A DNA stretch of 64,000 nt, taken from the NCBI GenBank assembly GCA_003971905.1, contig RSEE01000063.1, forward strand, positions 124,001 to 188,000, given 5' to 3'. This document shows positions 23,963 to 37,436 of the stretch, piece after piece. Made by a program: the position numbers and the translations under genes. This stretch comes from Moniliella sp. 'wahieum'. Lineage: Eukaryota. The notes under the pieces were generated by a model. The model was not told the DNA's origin. It made no database searches and saw only the letters and a list, made by a program, of their open reading frames with translations. Each line of letters opens with the position of its first letter. The first letter of the stretch is position 1.

Positions 23963-26478
23963 ATGGGCACCACCCACGCTGAGTACGGCTTCATCGAGGC
24001 CTGGAAGAAGAACACCACTGCCCCCCCCCGCCCAAGGTGGAGCTCTACGGCGGCCCCCTGCGCGGCGACCAGCATGCCAACCACGTCGCCCGCGACGGCG
24101 CACAAGTACAATGTCCGTCTCGACACGCCCGGCGGCTACTCGCATGCGCCCGATTCGCTCGCGGTGCACAATATGGAGAAACGTCTTTTCCTCCCCAACC
24201 GCGAGTACAAGGCCAAGGGGCGGGACTACGACTACGACGCAGAGATCCGTGCGGTGCGTGCCCAGCGGCTGAAGGAGAAGCGCGAGGCACGCAAGCACTC
24301 CCCCTTTACCCTCGACGATGATGAAGAACAAGAAGATGAGGCAGCATTCGTGGCCTCGTCTCTGCTCCCATCTCGGTCGACCCGGACGAACCTACAGAGG
24401 CCCAGAAGTATGCGGCGACGATCGCAGCGCAAAAAGCTGCCGAGGCAACGGACAATGACAGTGCGCAGGCCAGCGAGTCGCTTTCGCTCCCGGCTATCCC
24501 GACGAGTCGGCGCAGCCGCAACAGAGACCCACGAAAAGAAGGAAGCGGAGGAAGGGGGAGGCTAATGTCCCCGACCTGATTTCGTTGGACGATGCTGCGT
24601 CGGACGCGGGCCAGACAGATGGAACGGCGCGGGCGCCGCAGCGCCCCGACGGCGCGGTTTGCCCCTACCCCTGAGGTGCGGGAGTACGAGCCAGAGAGTT
24701 CGGAGGAAGGCAAAGGTGTGGATACCCGCTCGCTCGTGGTCTTCCTTTGCCTCTTCTTCGCTTGCACCTTCTTCGATGGCACCTTCCACTGCCACAGCCC
24801 GCTCCACCGGCTCAATGATGTCAGTGATGAGTGTGTCGGAGCGTCAATCGGCTGGGCTGAAAGATGAAGATGGGAACTTGATGCGCGCGGCGCTCAAGAG
24901 CGAATTGAAGCGTGGTTCGATCACACCGGGGATTGTGCCGCAGAAAAGGTACCGTCCAACTCGGATCCTTCAATGGGGAAGGTGCCGTGGAAAAACAAGA
25001 TTGAGTACTCGACGCATCCCAAATTTGAGCGCCCGACCCAGCTCGAGCTCAATCGCGGGTACACTAGGTTCGAGGAGCAGAGCGGCAAGGGCGCTGTGCC
25101 GTCGTTGGGCGAGCTAACGGGCAAAGTGTATGCCGATACGGATACGCTCCGTAGCGTAGGTATCAGCCAAGACCCCGACTTTGATCGCAAAGTTTCGCGC
25201 CAAGTACGGTGGTGAGTGACAAGTTGTCATTGGCCCAGTGCGGCCCAAGGACCTGTTCATGCCCGACCCTCGTCCGTTCCGGCCGCTGCGCTACGTGCGT
25301 CGCACGGACCCGCGCAAGTCTTGCTCCTGTGTGCCGGGGCGTGTCTAAGCGCGACCCAGGCAGCTAGTATGCAAGCTGCCAAAGCAGCGCACGATGCGGG
25401 TGTTGACGAGCTCACGCCCGAGCTGCAGAGCGCAATGCAAACCACCATTCAGCAGATCAAGATGGGCTATGCCGATGCCGATGCGAAAGCCGGTATTGGC
25501 ATGGTGTTTTGTCCGCCGAAAGACCCGTGGCTTGATATGGCCCTAGAATCCGATACCGATTCGCTGTGGACGACGGGTACGTCCGGGTCGAAATCGGTGT
25601 TTGCCGCACAGGGTACGCCCGGGCGGGTGGAGCCGAACCTATCCCGTCGCCTAGAGAAGGCCAGTGAGTACTCGCGTACTACACTGCAACGTGCGCAGCT
25701 GCGTGCAGTCTGTGCTGCGCTCGAGTTCAACAAGTGGGAGAACGAAGGGTTCAACCAATTGTCATCGCGGTGTCGCAGCGCTGGTTGGTACGCGGTGCGT
25801 CGGAGCAGGTGTTTGCGTGGAAGTCGAATGGGTTCAAGTTGACGGGGGTAGAGCCGGAGGTGTTCAATGTGCTAGGGGAGGCGCAGGAGGATGTACCTGA
25901 CCAAGATTTGTGGTTGCTGCTGGACCACCTGGTCAAGAAGTACGAAGAGGTGGACTGCACGGTCCGGTTCTGGTACCTCCCTGAAGACTCGTGCAAGGAG
26001 ATGCGGATGGCGTCGCAACTTGCGCTCGATGGTGCCCTCAAGACGAAGCAGCAGCCCATGACAGTCAAGTGGAAGCGCAAGCAGACAGGGCGCAAGTACT
26101 TTGAGCTGGACGAGGAGCAGCTGGCGCTGATCAACAAGGCGGCGCGGGGAGACGAAGGGCGTCCCTGGCGTCCGGTGCGTCCCAAGCGTCGGCCGTGACG
26201 ATCAAGCAGATGAACAAGGCAGAGAATGGGCCGGGCATCTCGGACATTGTTGCACGGGAACTGCAGGAGAAAGCGATGAATGCTCATATGCCCAATGCCC
26301 AGTTGATCAACTACCGGCCGTACGCGGACTTGGAATCGCGTGCTGTCCCAGCCCCGCCCGTGCCCCCGCGCGCTGAAGCTGACGAACCTGTGCCGGAAGA
26401 ACATGTGCCGAAGAGCCTGTGCAGGGAGAACCTGTGCCGGACCTGTTGACGGACCACGAGTCGGAGCCGGTGGTGTGA
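23963..26478 (+). CDS. Protein with C-terminal Dikarya-type RNase H-like domain, predicted catalytically inactive
   Basis: LLLCAGAC...AGIGMVF...TLQRAQLRAVCAALEF..WENEGF..IVIAVSQRWLVRG...WKSNGF...DQDLWLLL...VRFWYLP matches the fungal RNase HI-like fold. Joining it to the long N-terminus from ATG 23963 assumes correction of frameshifts. Confidence 0.7.
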
Positions 26479-28883
26479 GTTGCGCTAGCGAACGAAACGA
26501 GTTCCCGTCCCCCTCGCACCTATGGCTTCTATGACATTGATTCTCTTCGTCTCTCTCGCCGTGCCCAGTTAGTCTTTTGCTCTCATCCGTTTCGCCTTCT
26601 CATTGATCTATGCATCTATTCTACGAGTCGTTGGCACATTGTCTGTAGCGAAGTATATAGATAGGGGGTGGCTGAGATGGTCTTTCCATAACCAGCATGA
26701 ACTTTAGATTTCTCCTCGGCCCTATTGTAGAACTGTACCGAGAGCTCTCTACAGGTCCGGATTTCCTTGTACTGTGCCTCCGTTGCAATGTACTGCGCCC
26801 TAGGTCTCAGCAGGTGTGCCTCTCTGCCCGATCTGTTAGATGTTACAGGGGGAAATAGACCACAACAATTGAGTACTGGATCTCAGATCTCACGCCAGTA
26901 GACTGCATAACGCTTGATTCTTCTGCGAGAGCGAGATGACTATAGTTTTAGTTCCGTGTGGGGCTGAAGTAGCAACTATGATCTATCTGCAGCATCTCCG
27001 CGTCCTCGTAATGCACGTAATGCATAATGCTGCATTGTCCGCTCGATCCATCGGGTTGGCTATCATATATCAGCTTTGTACTGTATTAGGCGTGGCGTGT
27101 TGCGACATGGTATGTATGTTACGTTGTGTTACGTGTTACAGGGGTGCCAAACCCGCTCAGGGCATCTGCTCTACGGTGAACCGGTGAACGTTGAACGCAG
27201 TAGAGGTGTGGGGAGGGGGCGGTATGCCCTGGTAAGCCGCCTATACTATCATGTCTCTCGTTGCAGCGAATCATCAACCGTGAGTACGTGAGTACTGGAG
27301 TACTAAGTATTAATTGAATCCCCACAGCTCAAGCTTCAAGCCCGCCAAGTGGAGTAACATGTAACACCAGTACGGAGTACGAGTGCCTGAGTAGCAACCA
27401 TAATGCATAAATCACGCCAGCCTCTTTCTTATCAAGCTTTACCAGGATCCCCGATAGTCGATAGTCGATCAATATAGTCTTTTGATCGATGGCGTGGCTG
27501 AGAGATGTGGAGAGCGGAGATCTCAGATACGCGCCGACGCCTGCCAACGGTAATCCGGTAATAGGAGCGGTCGCGGCGTTGCTAGTCGCGTTTTGCTAGT
27601 ACGCTAGGATTGGTGCGCTGGTGTGGCTATAGGGCGCAGGTCCCTTGCGCCAAGACTTATCCAAAAAAAGATGTGGTCGCGCCAGCTCGAGTTGTCCAGA
27701 ATAGAGTGGCTGCGCAGAACAAAAGCTCTCATCCTCAACTGGACAGTGGTTAAGTTGGTTGAACGTTGGCGCGACGCGTGGACGTGGGAAGCCTTGCGTA
27801 GCCCCCTCTGGCTGGGCACGGGCGGGCGTTGTCGACGTGTCAACGTTCAACGTTCAACACCCTCTGCAGCAGCTCTTTGGTAACATGGGCGCGTCATGAT
27901 GAACACGAGAGGAAAGAAGAGGGAATGTGGGTGAAGCGTGAGGCGAAGGTCGAGGAGAAAGAGGGGACAGGGCAGTGCAACACGTATTCCAATTTCACGT
28001 CACGCCTCACGCGTCAGTTCTCCGGCCAAGGCAACGTTTGTGGTGGGTGGAGCCTGGTGGGCTCTTACACCTTACGTTTGGGCGTACTGGGTGGTACCTA
28101 GAAACGGCCGCCAGTATGTACGACTGACGTGAAAAGTGGAGAAGAGCGGCAGGCCCAACGGGTTCCGAAAGCAGCGCCAGTGCGCCAGTGGCCGATTCCT
28201 ATCTGGGCCTCAGCGCATTGTCCCGATTGTCCAACTGATAAGCCCTCCATTACGCACTGGAGCAGTCACGGGGAATTCCTAAGGAAGCCACCGGAAAAAA
28301 GCTCGAGAGGTATAGCACTAGCCCTGTGTCCCGCACACTGGTGCCCAGGGGCCAGCCACGCGCCACGGGGCCACAGCTGCAGAGAAAAATCCGGTGGGCT
28401 GGACACCATCCAGGGCAGCAGTGGGCGGCGTCACATTCACACGTCGAGCGTCAAGCTAAGGTTCAAGCTTCAAGCTTTGCGCCTCAAGGCGTCTCCCGGA
28501 GCAGGGTCCTGTCCTCCCTCTCTGGCTGGAGACGGCAGTGGAGCGCAATGGTTAGTTGAACGTTGATGGCTTCTGGTAGGCGCAAAGGGCTTGCCACCAG
28601 ACCCACTCCTCTCCTGTCTGCGAAACCATTGGCGCGCGTTCAACATTTCTCATTAAGCATTCCTCAGGCCTCCGGCCTCATAAGCCATCGCCCATCTCGC
28701 CCCCACTCTCCTTCATCCCGCCCTTGCTCCACCACTTTTTTTCGTCATCAAGCGACCTCTGCAGAACACGTTGACGCTGCCGCTGTCGTTGCTGCCGTCG
28801 CAGTTCGCTTTCGCTTTCGCTTTCGCTTTCGCTACCTCGTCGACCCTTACACTCTACCCCTCTTACTCTTCCTCACTACCAAA

Positions 28884-30563
28884 ATGGTTAACATCACGTA
28901 CGTCTGTTACTGCCTCTTACCCCATCCAGCCCTGGACTGACACTGGGCCGCTTGTTTCCAGCTACGGACTGTTGTATGCCCCCGATGGCACGGTCACACA
29001 TCCCGTCTTCTCTCGGCCCAAGGAACCGACATGATTGTCACCTACGGCGATGGTCAGATTGCTGCCTACAATCCCGGCGACATTGCCTGGATCCTGACGT
29101 GCACCGCGCTGGTGTGGCTCATGATCCCAGGGCTGGGTTACCTGTACTCGGGTCTAGCCCGGCGCAAAAATGCGCTCCATCTTCTCATGATCACATTTGT
29201 GGCACTGGCGATCGTGTCTTTGCAGTGGTTCCTCGGGGGTTACTCTCTTGTCTTTGCCTCCAAATCTTCTAACTTTTGGGGAACGTTGACCAACTTTGGG
29301 TTTATGCATGTGTTGGGAGAACCAGTCGCGGCAGCCAATTAAGTTGCCCAATATTGTCTTTTCCATGTACGAGGTACGCATTCCCCCTCTCTCCACCGCC
29401 GCCACCGCTGCCGGCGCCTCTCCTTTTCTTTCTTCTCCATGGATGGCGCTAACGTGGTGTTGCAGCTCATGTTTGCCTGTCTCGTACCAGCAATCGCGCT
29501 GGGGGCCGCATGCGACCGCGCCGTCTCTGGCCGTTCTTCATCTTCACATTCTTTTGGACCACATTTGTCTACGACCCCATCGCTATGTGGATCTGGAATC
29601 CGAACGGGTGGGCGGTCAAGTGGGGCATCCTCGACTACGCCGGAGGTGGACCGGTTGAGATCAGCAGTGGTATCACGGGTACAGTCATCTCGATCTACCT
29701 CGGTCGTCGGTACGGCTACGGAACGGAAAAGCTACTGTTCAAACCACACAATGTCTCCAACGTGATTCTTGGCACTGTTCTGCTCTGGGTTGGCTGGCTG
29801 GGATTCAATGGTGGTTCGACGTTTGCTGCCAACTTACGTGCCGGGATGGCAATTGCGACGACCAACCTTGCCGGCTCGGTAGCTGGGTTGACGTGGATGG
29901 TGATGGACTACCGATTGGAACGCAAATGGTCTGTGGTTGGATTTTGCACAGGTGCGATTGCTGGGTTGGTGGCCATCACGCCTGCGGCGGGCTTTGTGGG
30001 CATGCCAGCTGCGCGTGTTGATTGGAGTTGTGGCTGCGTTTTGCTGCAACTTGTGCACGGGGCTTAAGAACCTGGTACGCGTGGACGATGCGATGGATGT
30101 ATTTGCCGTGCATGCGTTGGCTGGCATCATTGGTCTCCTTCTTACTGGGATTTTTGCCCAAAAGAGCGTGGCCAACAACGATGGCTACCTCGAGATCAAG
30201 GGTGGTTGGCTCGACGGGCACTTTGTTCAGCTTCCGCTTCAGATGGCCTGGTGTGCAGTGACGGTGTGCTGGAACGCAGCCGTTACCTTCCTCCTGCTCT
30301 TTGTGATTGACCACACGCCCTTCATTGGCCCCTTCCGCCCTTCAGAGCTGGGCGAGATTGTGGGCATGGATGTGGACCAATGTGGCGAAGCCGCGTACGA
30401 CTTTGAAGAAGCGCTGGAGAATGCTAATTCTTCACATCGCCTCAGCCGGATCGATTCGCGCCCGGCGGTGGATGTGGAAAAACAGCAGCATTGGAAGGTT
30501 CAGAGGAGGACCATGGCAAACCGCTACCTCCCTCAGTCCAGACCTACCCCCTGGAAGACATGA
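28884..30563 (+). CDS. Ammonium transporter (Amt/Mep family)
   Basis: GDIAW..LVWLMIPGLGYLYSGL.RRKNAL, LDYAGGGPVEISSG, FKPHN, LWVGWLGFNGGS, GLVAITPAAG, DDAMDVFAVH, E.VGMD. GTACG introns after MVNIT and after FSMYE. Stop approximate. Confidence 0.95.
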
Positions 30564-32702
30564 CCCACAGCAGCCAAAGGGTCCAAGCGCCTTCGTCGGT
30601 CGCGACAGAGAACCCTTAAGACGTGTTTTCGTGACTCTCTCCCTCCACCAAATAAGGGGACCCTTGTGCCCTTTGTTCGCATTTATTCCTTCGACACTAC
30701 CTTTTACGATCCCTTTACGATCGATGTTTTCCTGATGCCCCCACTTTCTTTTTTGCCCCGATTATCCCGGCCCCCATCCCGTTTCTTGGGCCTCCTTCTA
30801 ATTCTTAGCCCTTCAAGCTTCAATATCCGTCGGCCTTTGCACCGTGCTACTCAATATTCATCCACCATTTGAATGTTCTGTTCCGTTCTGGGTGCTGATC
30901 CAGCGCTGAGCCCACACCCACACATCTCTGAAGCATTCCTGTGAGCTCCGCCCTAGTAGCCCTTTTAATTGTCAAAGCCCACCTGACGAGCGTCAAGAAC
31001 GATGAACGACGAACGATGTCGATGAACCTATAAATGTCATCAATTCTCAACGCCTTTGAACATCAAACCTCTCAAACAGGCTCAAATGCAGCCCCCGCCT
31101 CTTTTCAGATAGCCAATAGTACGCCCTATGGAAATCCCGATTTGGCTCTCTGTTACCTCCTTCTCAATGTCGTACCTAATACGATGGAGAGGCTGTTGTG
31201 GATGAACGGTGAAAACGCACGCCTGACAAATTCTTTTGTGGAAGCGATTGCGTGTAGTCGGCACTTAGTAGTAAGCAGTGCATATTAGTGCGAACACAAA
31301 TGAGAGCTCTTTCTTCACAGTCGTGTGGTCAAGGGTAGGATGATTAATGATTAGTGGCCAAAATGTCTATTCCAACACTGAGTCTGGGATTCAAAAACGT
31401 GTGGTATGCTCTTTTTCGCAGAGATGGCGCCCGTCAACCAGGGGATGCTGAAGCGCTGAAGGCGCTGCGCAAAAAGATAACGTGCAACAGGGGACCGTTG
31501 GTTGCAGGCGCGTAAACGCAGAGCCTGGTTGAGCGCCGAGCGTACGTGGTGGCACCATTGCGTTCGTTCCTTTTTCGTCTTGACCATATGCCAAACGTTA
31601 TGAACATCTTTGCATGAGGCCGGCCGAAGAAGGCGGAGGAGTCAGAAGGAGCATGGTATGCCGTTGGTGCGAGTGCCCCATGTGCCACATGCCCTTCAAG
31701 TTTCGCTGGGCCTGAGGGATGCGGAAGGGTGCTCAGGCTGAGCGCTCAGGCTGAGCTGAGCGGCGCATATTCAGCGCTGAGGCTCAACGCGCTCAGGCGC
31801 TCTGGCTGGACAAGGTTGCACTCGATGGTCTCGCTGAGCGCTCGCTGAGCACTGATGACCTCGTGCGACTGCCAACGTTGAACAGTTCAAGTGGAAGTTG
31901 AACGTTCAAGTTGAACCTCGTCTTCGCTTCTGCCCAGTGCTCAATCGGGGTTATCGATTAGCGATCTCATCCATATCATCCACCATAGCGTGAATCACGC
32001 GCACGGCGCGCCACACCACACGGGTTCTGCCGTGGCGGTGAGGCGCTGAGGCCAGCGCCCGTGCTCAAAAGTGCTCAACAAGTTCTCAAGCTGAATATAC
32101 AAGCGAGGTTCCACCGCCCCGCCTGAGCGTGCCGTGCCTGGGCCTCAGCCTGAGCTCAGCCTCAGCCGCGCTGAGCTCAGCGCTCCTCGTCCCTCTTGTC
32201 AAGCGAATCATCAGGCTTGACTTGTAACATGTAAGCTTAGGCGCTTAGGCTAAGCGCAAGCCTTCGCCATGGCAGCGCAGTCACTAGTAGAGTCTCGTCA
32301 TGAAAGTCATCGATCATCGACCACACCGGTTGGAAATTCTCGAAATGCGCAGCGCCTGCCGCCTCTTCGCAGCTCTTTCCCTCGCCTGTCACATGTCACA
32401 TGTCACGTGTCACGTGTCACCGGCACGGTGACATATAATGACCCTGTCATCTGCCCTCTTCAACGCAACCAACGTCCAACCAACCGTTCAGTAATCCATG
32501 TTCATCCATGTTCATGCATCATGACAGTAACGCGTAATGATCGAGATCGATCGTCTGCGTCAACGTTCAGTTCAACGTTCAACGTTCAACGAACGTTTAG
32601 CCGTCGTCGGCTGGCTGTCCTGTAGGTTGCGACCCTGCGGCCCCCGCAGATCCCCCAGGTACCTCCCATACCTCCACCTCACCCGCTGACTCTCCGCCCC
32701 GT

Positions 32703-34879
32703 ATGGCCGCCGACGCTATCTCTCCAGCTTCTCTCAACCAAGCGAGCGGCACTGGAGCTCCAGATGCATCCTCCTCTGCCTCAGCCGACCCACTGAGAGC
32801 GCTTTGCTCGGTCCAGGTGCAGGTAGATGGCAAGCCGGCTCAGCTGGTGCTGGATGACGAGCTACTCTACCTCTTTGCCGGCACTGTCAACGTTACTCCC
32901 GAACTCACCTGGAACGGTACGCCCTCCCCCTCCCCCCTTCCCTCCCCGATTGCTACCAAGAACATGTACAAGCCTAATTTCGCCACGGTAGAATCGTTGC
33001 TGGACCAGGTAACGATCGCGGTGCCGCCACACTTTTGGTGCTCAACGCGTCGGTGGAGACGGATGTGGACGATGTGGACAAGGCGGACAAGACGGACAAG
33101 GCGGACAAGACGGACAAGGCGGACGGAGTGAAATTGAGGATTCGGACGTTGGTTCCACCCGTCAAAGTAGTGCGTTCCTCAGTTGGTTGCAAACCAAGAC
33201 ACTAGGTTCTCATCCCCCTTCCGGTGTATCTTCGCCCTCTTCCAATTCGTCCCACGTGCTCTGGACGGGAACGAGCGGGTACGCCAGCTGCTCACGGGTC
33301 CCTTTGCTGAGCTGCACTTGCACACGATCGAAGCGCGCGTGGCTGTGGGTACGTCCGAGGCCGAGGTTGAGGCTGAGGTCGAAGCAGCGCGTACGTTTGC
33401 CGCTACATGTTTTGCCCGAGCGTACGTCTCGCCTGACGGGCCAAGCGATCCAGCCGTACCGGAGCTTGCGTGTGCTGGTCAATCCGCAGGGGGGACGTGG
33501 CCAAGGCGAGCAAGAATGGAACCAAACTGTGCGTCCGATCCTTGAGGCGGCAGGGTGCGAATTGACCACGACAGTCACGTCGCATCGGAACGACGGGATG
33601 GAAATTGTCATGTCTGAGCCTGGGTTGGGGAGCAAGTACGATGCGATCTTGAGTGTGTCGGGGGACGGGATGATGCACGAGATCTTGAATGGGTTGGCAG
33701 CGCGGGAAGATGCGGCACAAGTGTTGAACGATATTGCTGTGGTGGCCATTCCGACGGGCAGTGGGAACGCGAGCAGTGTCAGTCTGCTCGGTCCGGCCCA
33801 AGGGTTCAACTTGGCCCAAGCGGCGCTCAATGCAATCAAAGGGCATTGGCTCGATTTGGACATTTGCATCGTTACCCAACCCGCTTTGGCCGCCCAAGTC
33901 TCGCCGCATCTAACGTCGATGCTGGATCTGGTCCGGTCAACCCAAGGAGCGAATGGAGCGAGGCGGGTGGAGGAGGATGAGAAAAGGGGTTCGTACGGTA
34001 CTATTCCTTTCTGTCCCAAGCTGTTGGGTTAATGGCCGACCTGGATATTGGTACGGAACATCTTCGTTTGCTGGGGGATACGCGGTTCGTGTATGGGTAC
34101 CTGCACGGTACGCTCTTCAACGTCCGTACTCCAGTCACGGTCGACGTGAAGCTCGGCCCGAACGGGACGGTGAATCGGGCTGAGATGCGGAAACGGGTGG
34201 AGGCGCACCAACGTGACACGGTGCATCAGCACCACTCTTGGCCCGAGTTGGAGGAGAACGAGAAGGAACGACGGAGGGGTACGTCCGACCCAATGCCGTC
34301 TACGAAACAGAGCATGCTCATGCTCGCTCATGGCACCGTACTGGATTGGCTGGGGACGAGGCCCTGCCTTCGCTCGACCTGGTTGATCCATCTTGGCCAC
34401 CATCGCAGAAGTACTTGCAAGGTCCGCCTCAAGCTGCGGCAGAGGGCGCTGCGGCGGGCTGGGCGCGGTTGCGCAAGCCCATCTCGAGTTTGTATGCGGG
34501 CAAGTTGCCGTACGTGGGACGGGATCTACTGCAGTTTCCATTTGCTGTGGCCGGGGACAAGTTGCTGGATGTGGCGGTGATGTTGCATGAGGCGGGGCGA
34601 ATGAGCAAGCTTCGGATCATCCAGGGGGCAGAGAGAGGGGAAGAAATGTACGACGAGAGCATGGCCTACTGCAAAGTCGAAGCACTCCGGATCACGCCCA
34701 CCCTTCCTGCCGGGCATAGGTCGCTAAAAAAGGGTGGGATTATCTCGATTGATGGGGAACGAGTTCCCTATGCTCCGTTCCAGGTCGAAGTGGCAAAAGA
34801 TACGCAGCTACGGACCTTGTCTCTGTACTGCAACTTTTCATGGAACACCATTACCCAGGGGGAGAGGCGTAACGCGTAA
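32703..34879 (+). CDS. LCB4: Sphingoid long-chain base kinase (DAGK catalytic family, Lcb4/Lcb5-like)
   Basis: LVNPQGGRG, SGDGMMHEILNGL, IPTGSGNA, LMADLDIGTEHLRLLGDTRF, LYAGKLPYV..LLQFPFA, ISIDGERVP are the sphingosine kinase C1-C5 motifs. Confidence 0.92.
33062..33125 (+). repeat. Coding 9/18-bp minisatellite (DVDDVDKADKTDKADKTDKAD)
   Basis: ggacaaggcggacaagacggacaaggcggacaagac read directly. Confidence 0.85.
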
Positions 34880-35237
34880 CAAGTACCTTTTGGAGAAGGA
34901 GACGCAGCCCTCCCCCAATTTATCCAACTCCATCCCCACATATACACAACTGCATACGATTCTCAAACGCTAACTACTGTCATGGTGTTCTGTGCCTTGC
35001 AGGTCTGGGCTGGGACATCTAACAAGTGGGCGAGGACCCAGCAGCGATCGCAAGCGCAAACGGCATGGCATTGGACGAGGTTGAGCGCAGCATAGCAAAG
35101 GTACCCAGCTTGACGATCTTGAGTGTCCTTTGGGTCATAGCCGCTGCACCTGAAAATGGGGAAGGGAGGAGAGGAGTGGGCAGGAGAGGGGGAGGGGGAC
35201 GGGGGATTGCAAGGGCGAGAGTGACAAGATTCGTATT

Positions 35238-37034
35238 TTACGCCTTGACAGCGGGACCCTTGGCGTACACGCTCTCAAACGTGCGCGGCGGGTGGGGTGG
35301 AGGTTGCCATGGGAAAAGACGCCCTCGATGCGGTGGGTGGCATTGAGGTTCTTAGTGCAAGTGATCTGGAAGACAGACGAACCGCCTTCGCGAGCAATGA
35401 TAACGGCCGAGGCAAGGAAGAAGAGCCAGATGCGGTACCACTTCTCACCGTACTTGGCCTTGACCTTGCTCTCGTTCGACTTCCAGTTCTCGAGCCAGCG
35501 CAAGATGGTGGCCGAGTAGTGCACGCCCAGCACATCGGCCGAACGCACTTCGAACCCAGCGTCCTCGAGCTTGTTGATCACCCAGCCCAAGTTGCAACTG
35601 GCATCGGCACCAGGGAAGAGAGCGGTTCATAAACATGCCCCAGATCAAGTCCCAGTACTGCCACTGCGGCCGCAGCCCAGCGACCTGGAAGACAAGCGTG
35701 CCATCGTCGTCCAACAAGTTGTAAACGTTGCGAAGGAACTTGGAGTAGTGACGGATGCCCACATGTTCCGCCATCTCCAACGACACAATTTTGGTGTAAT
35801 GGCCCGGGACCACACCAATTTCACGGTAATCCTTGGTCAAGATGCGCGCGCGCGCGGGTTCACCCCATTGAGCGCAATTCGTTCGTTTCCAAAGGCAGTC
35901 TGGTTGCGGGAAAGCGTCACGCCGTCGTCGCACCCAAAGTTCTTGGCCGCGTACGCCGACAAGGTGCCCCAGCCACAGCCAATGTCCAACACACGGTCGT
36001 CCTTGGTCAAACCCAACTTGGAGCACACGAGAGCCAACTTGTTGTCCTGCAGTTCTTCCAGCGTCTCCTTCTTGGTCGGGTCCGAGACCACGCCCGAGGT
36101 GTAGATCATGCGGGCCGAGGAACCAGGAGTAAAAGTCATCGCCTCGGTCGTAGTGGTCGCGCACCTGCTCCTCATCTTGCTTCTCGGTATGCATAATCAC
36201 ATCGGGGATAAAGCGGAACAACACATCTTTAAAGATGGTCCAGGTGAACCGCATGTCGGCCCAGTCCCACCGGTACTCCAATACCTCGAGCATATCTCCG
36301 TTGACATCAATCTTGCCCTCAAAGTAGGCATCGTGGAACGTCTGCATCGGGATCTTCTTGTGGCCATGGTACTTGGCCTTGAGGGCAGGGTCGTGGATGG
36401 TGATGTAGTCCTCAATCGGGCCTGGGAGATGGTCAGAACAGAAAACGAAGGGAAAACAATCCCAACGGCAGCCGCCCGATCGTCAGCAGAGAATTACACG
36501 TACGGCCAGCATATCAACCTTGGTGTTCTTGCGCGGGCCATAGATGCTCATGATGGTCCAGTAAGCGATCGCGGACGGCACCCCAGTCAGGGCCACAGAA
36601 GAAGTACCCAGTCCACGAGACGGAGGAGAAACTGACAAACGGCAGCAGACGCAACAGCACAGCCGGGACGAGGAGGATGACGGCTGCCAACTGGTAGTTG
36701 GAGAAGTAGCCGTTGCCCTCGGCCGGGAGAAGAGCATTGGCAATGGTCGGCTGGATAGGCCAGGTGGTCAGCATCCCTGTGGTCAGGTCGTGCACCAGGG
36801 ACGGGCGGCTACAGCAGCTCCGGTGCATCAGCGGAGGGGGGGAGGGGAACGTACATAGTCCGTCAGGCGCACTTTGCCACCCGGCGCAAACTTGAGCGAC
36901 GGGTTGGCCTGCGCGAGGATCTGGGCGAGAGTGGGCAGGGCGGCCGGGAGCGGGGGCACAGGGGCCGACGCACCTTCGGCACCAGCCACCAGCACACCAG
37001 CAGCACCAGCAGCACCAGTGGGCAGAGTCGACAT
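35238..37034 (-). CDS. MTS1: Sphingolipid C9-methyltransferase (CFA synthase-like SAM methyltransferase)
   Basis: KVRLTDY|PTIANALLPAEGNG, FHDAYFEGKID, QDEEQVRDHYDRGDDFYSWFLGP.MIYTSG, VLDIGCGWGTL, SLEMAEHVGIR, QVAGLRP.WQ..DLIWGMFM, GVHYSATI.RW. Confidence 0.92.
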
Positions 37035-37436
37035 GGTGGTGAGAAGAAGGCGTTCGTCTCCCGTGGTTGGCCCGTTCTTCTTGCGCCTGCGCCCGGCCCG
37101 GCAACCACGGTGGAGCCACACTGGCGTGGTGCGGCCTTGATCTGTGCGCCGCATCTCGCCGCCACCACGTCACACTGCCCCCGTCCCCGGCCGGACCAGT
37201 GGAAATGCAACATTTCATTGCGTCAGGTTGCCACGCAGGCAGGCGGCGTCGCCTATCGACGCTCGCATGTCGCCCGGCAGGTCACGTGCCACCCCGGGCG
37301 ATTCCCCCTGCGCATCCGTCTCTCCTCTTCGCTCCGCGCGCGCCCTGTGACAAGTAGTGATGGTTGAGCTATACTATATACAACCCGCTCAGGCCTGGCT
37401 CAGACTCAGGCAGGCCTGACCTCAGGCCTCAGGGTT

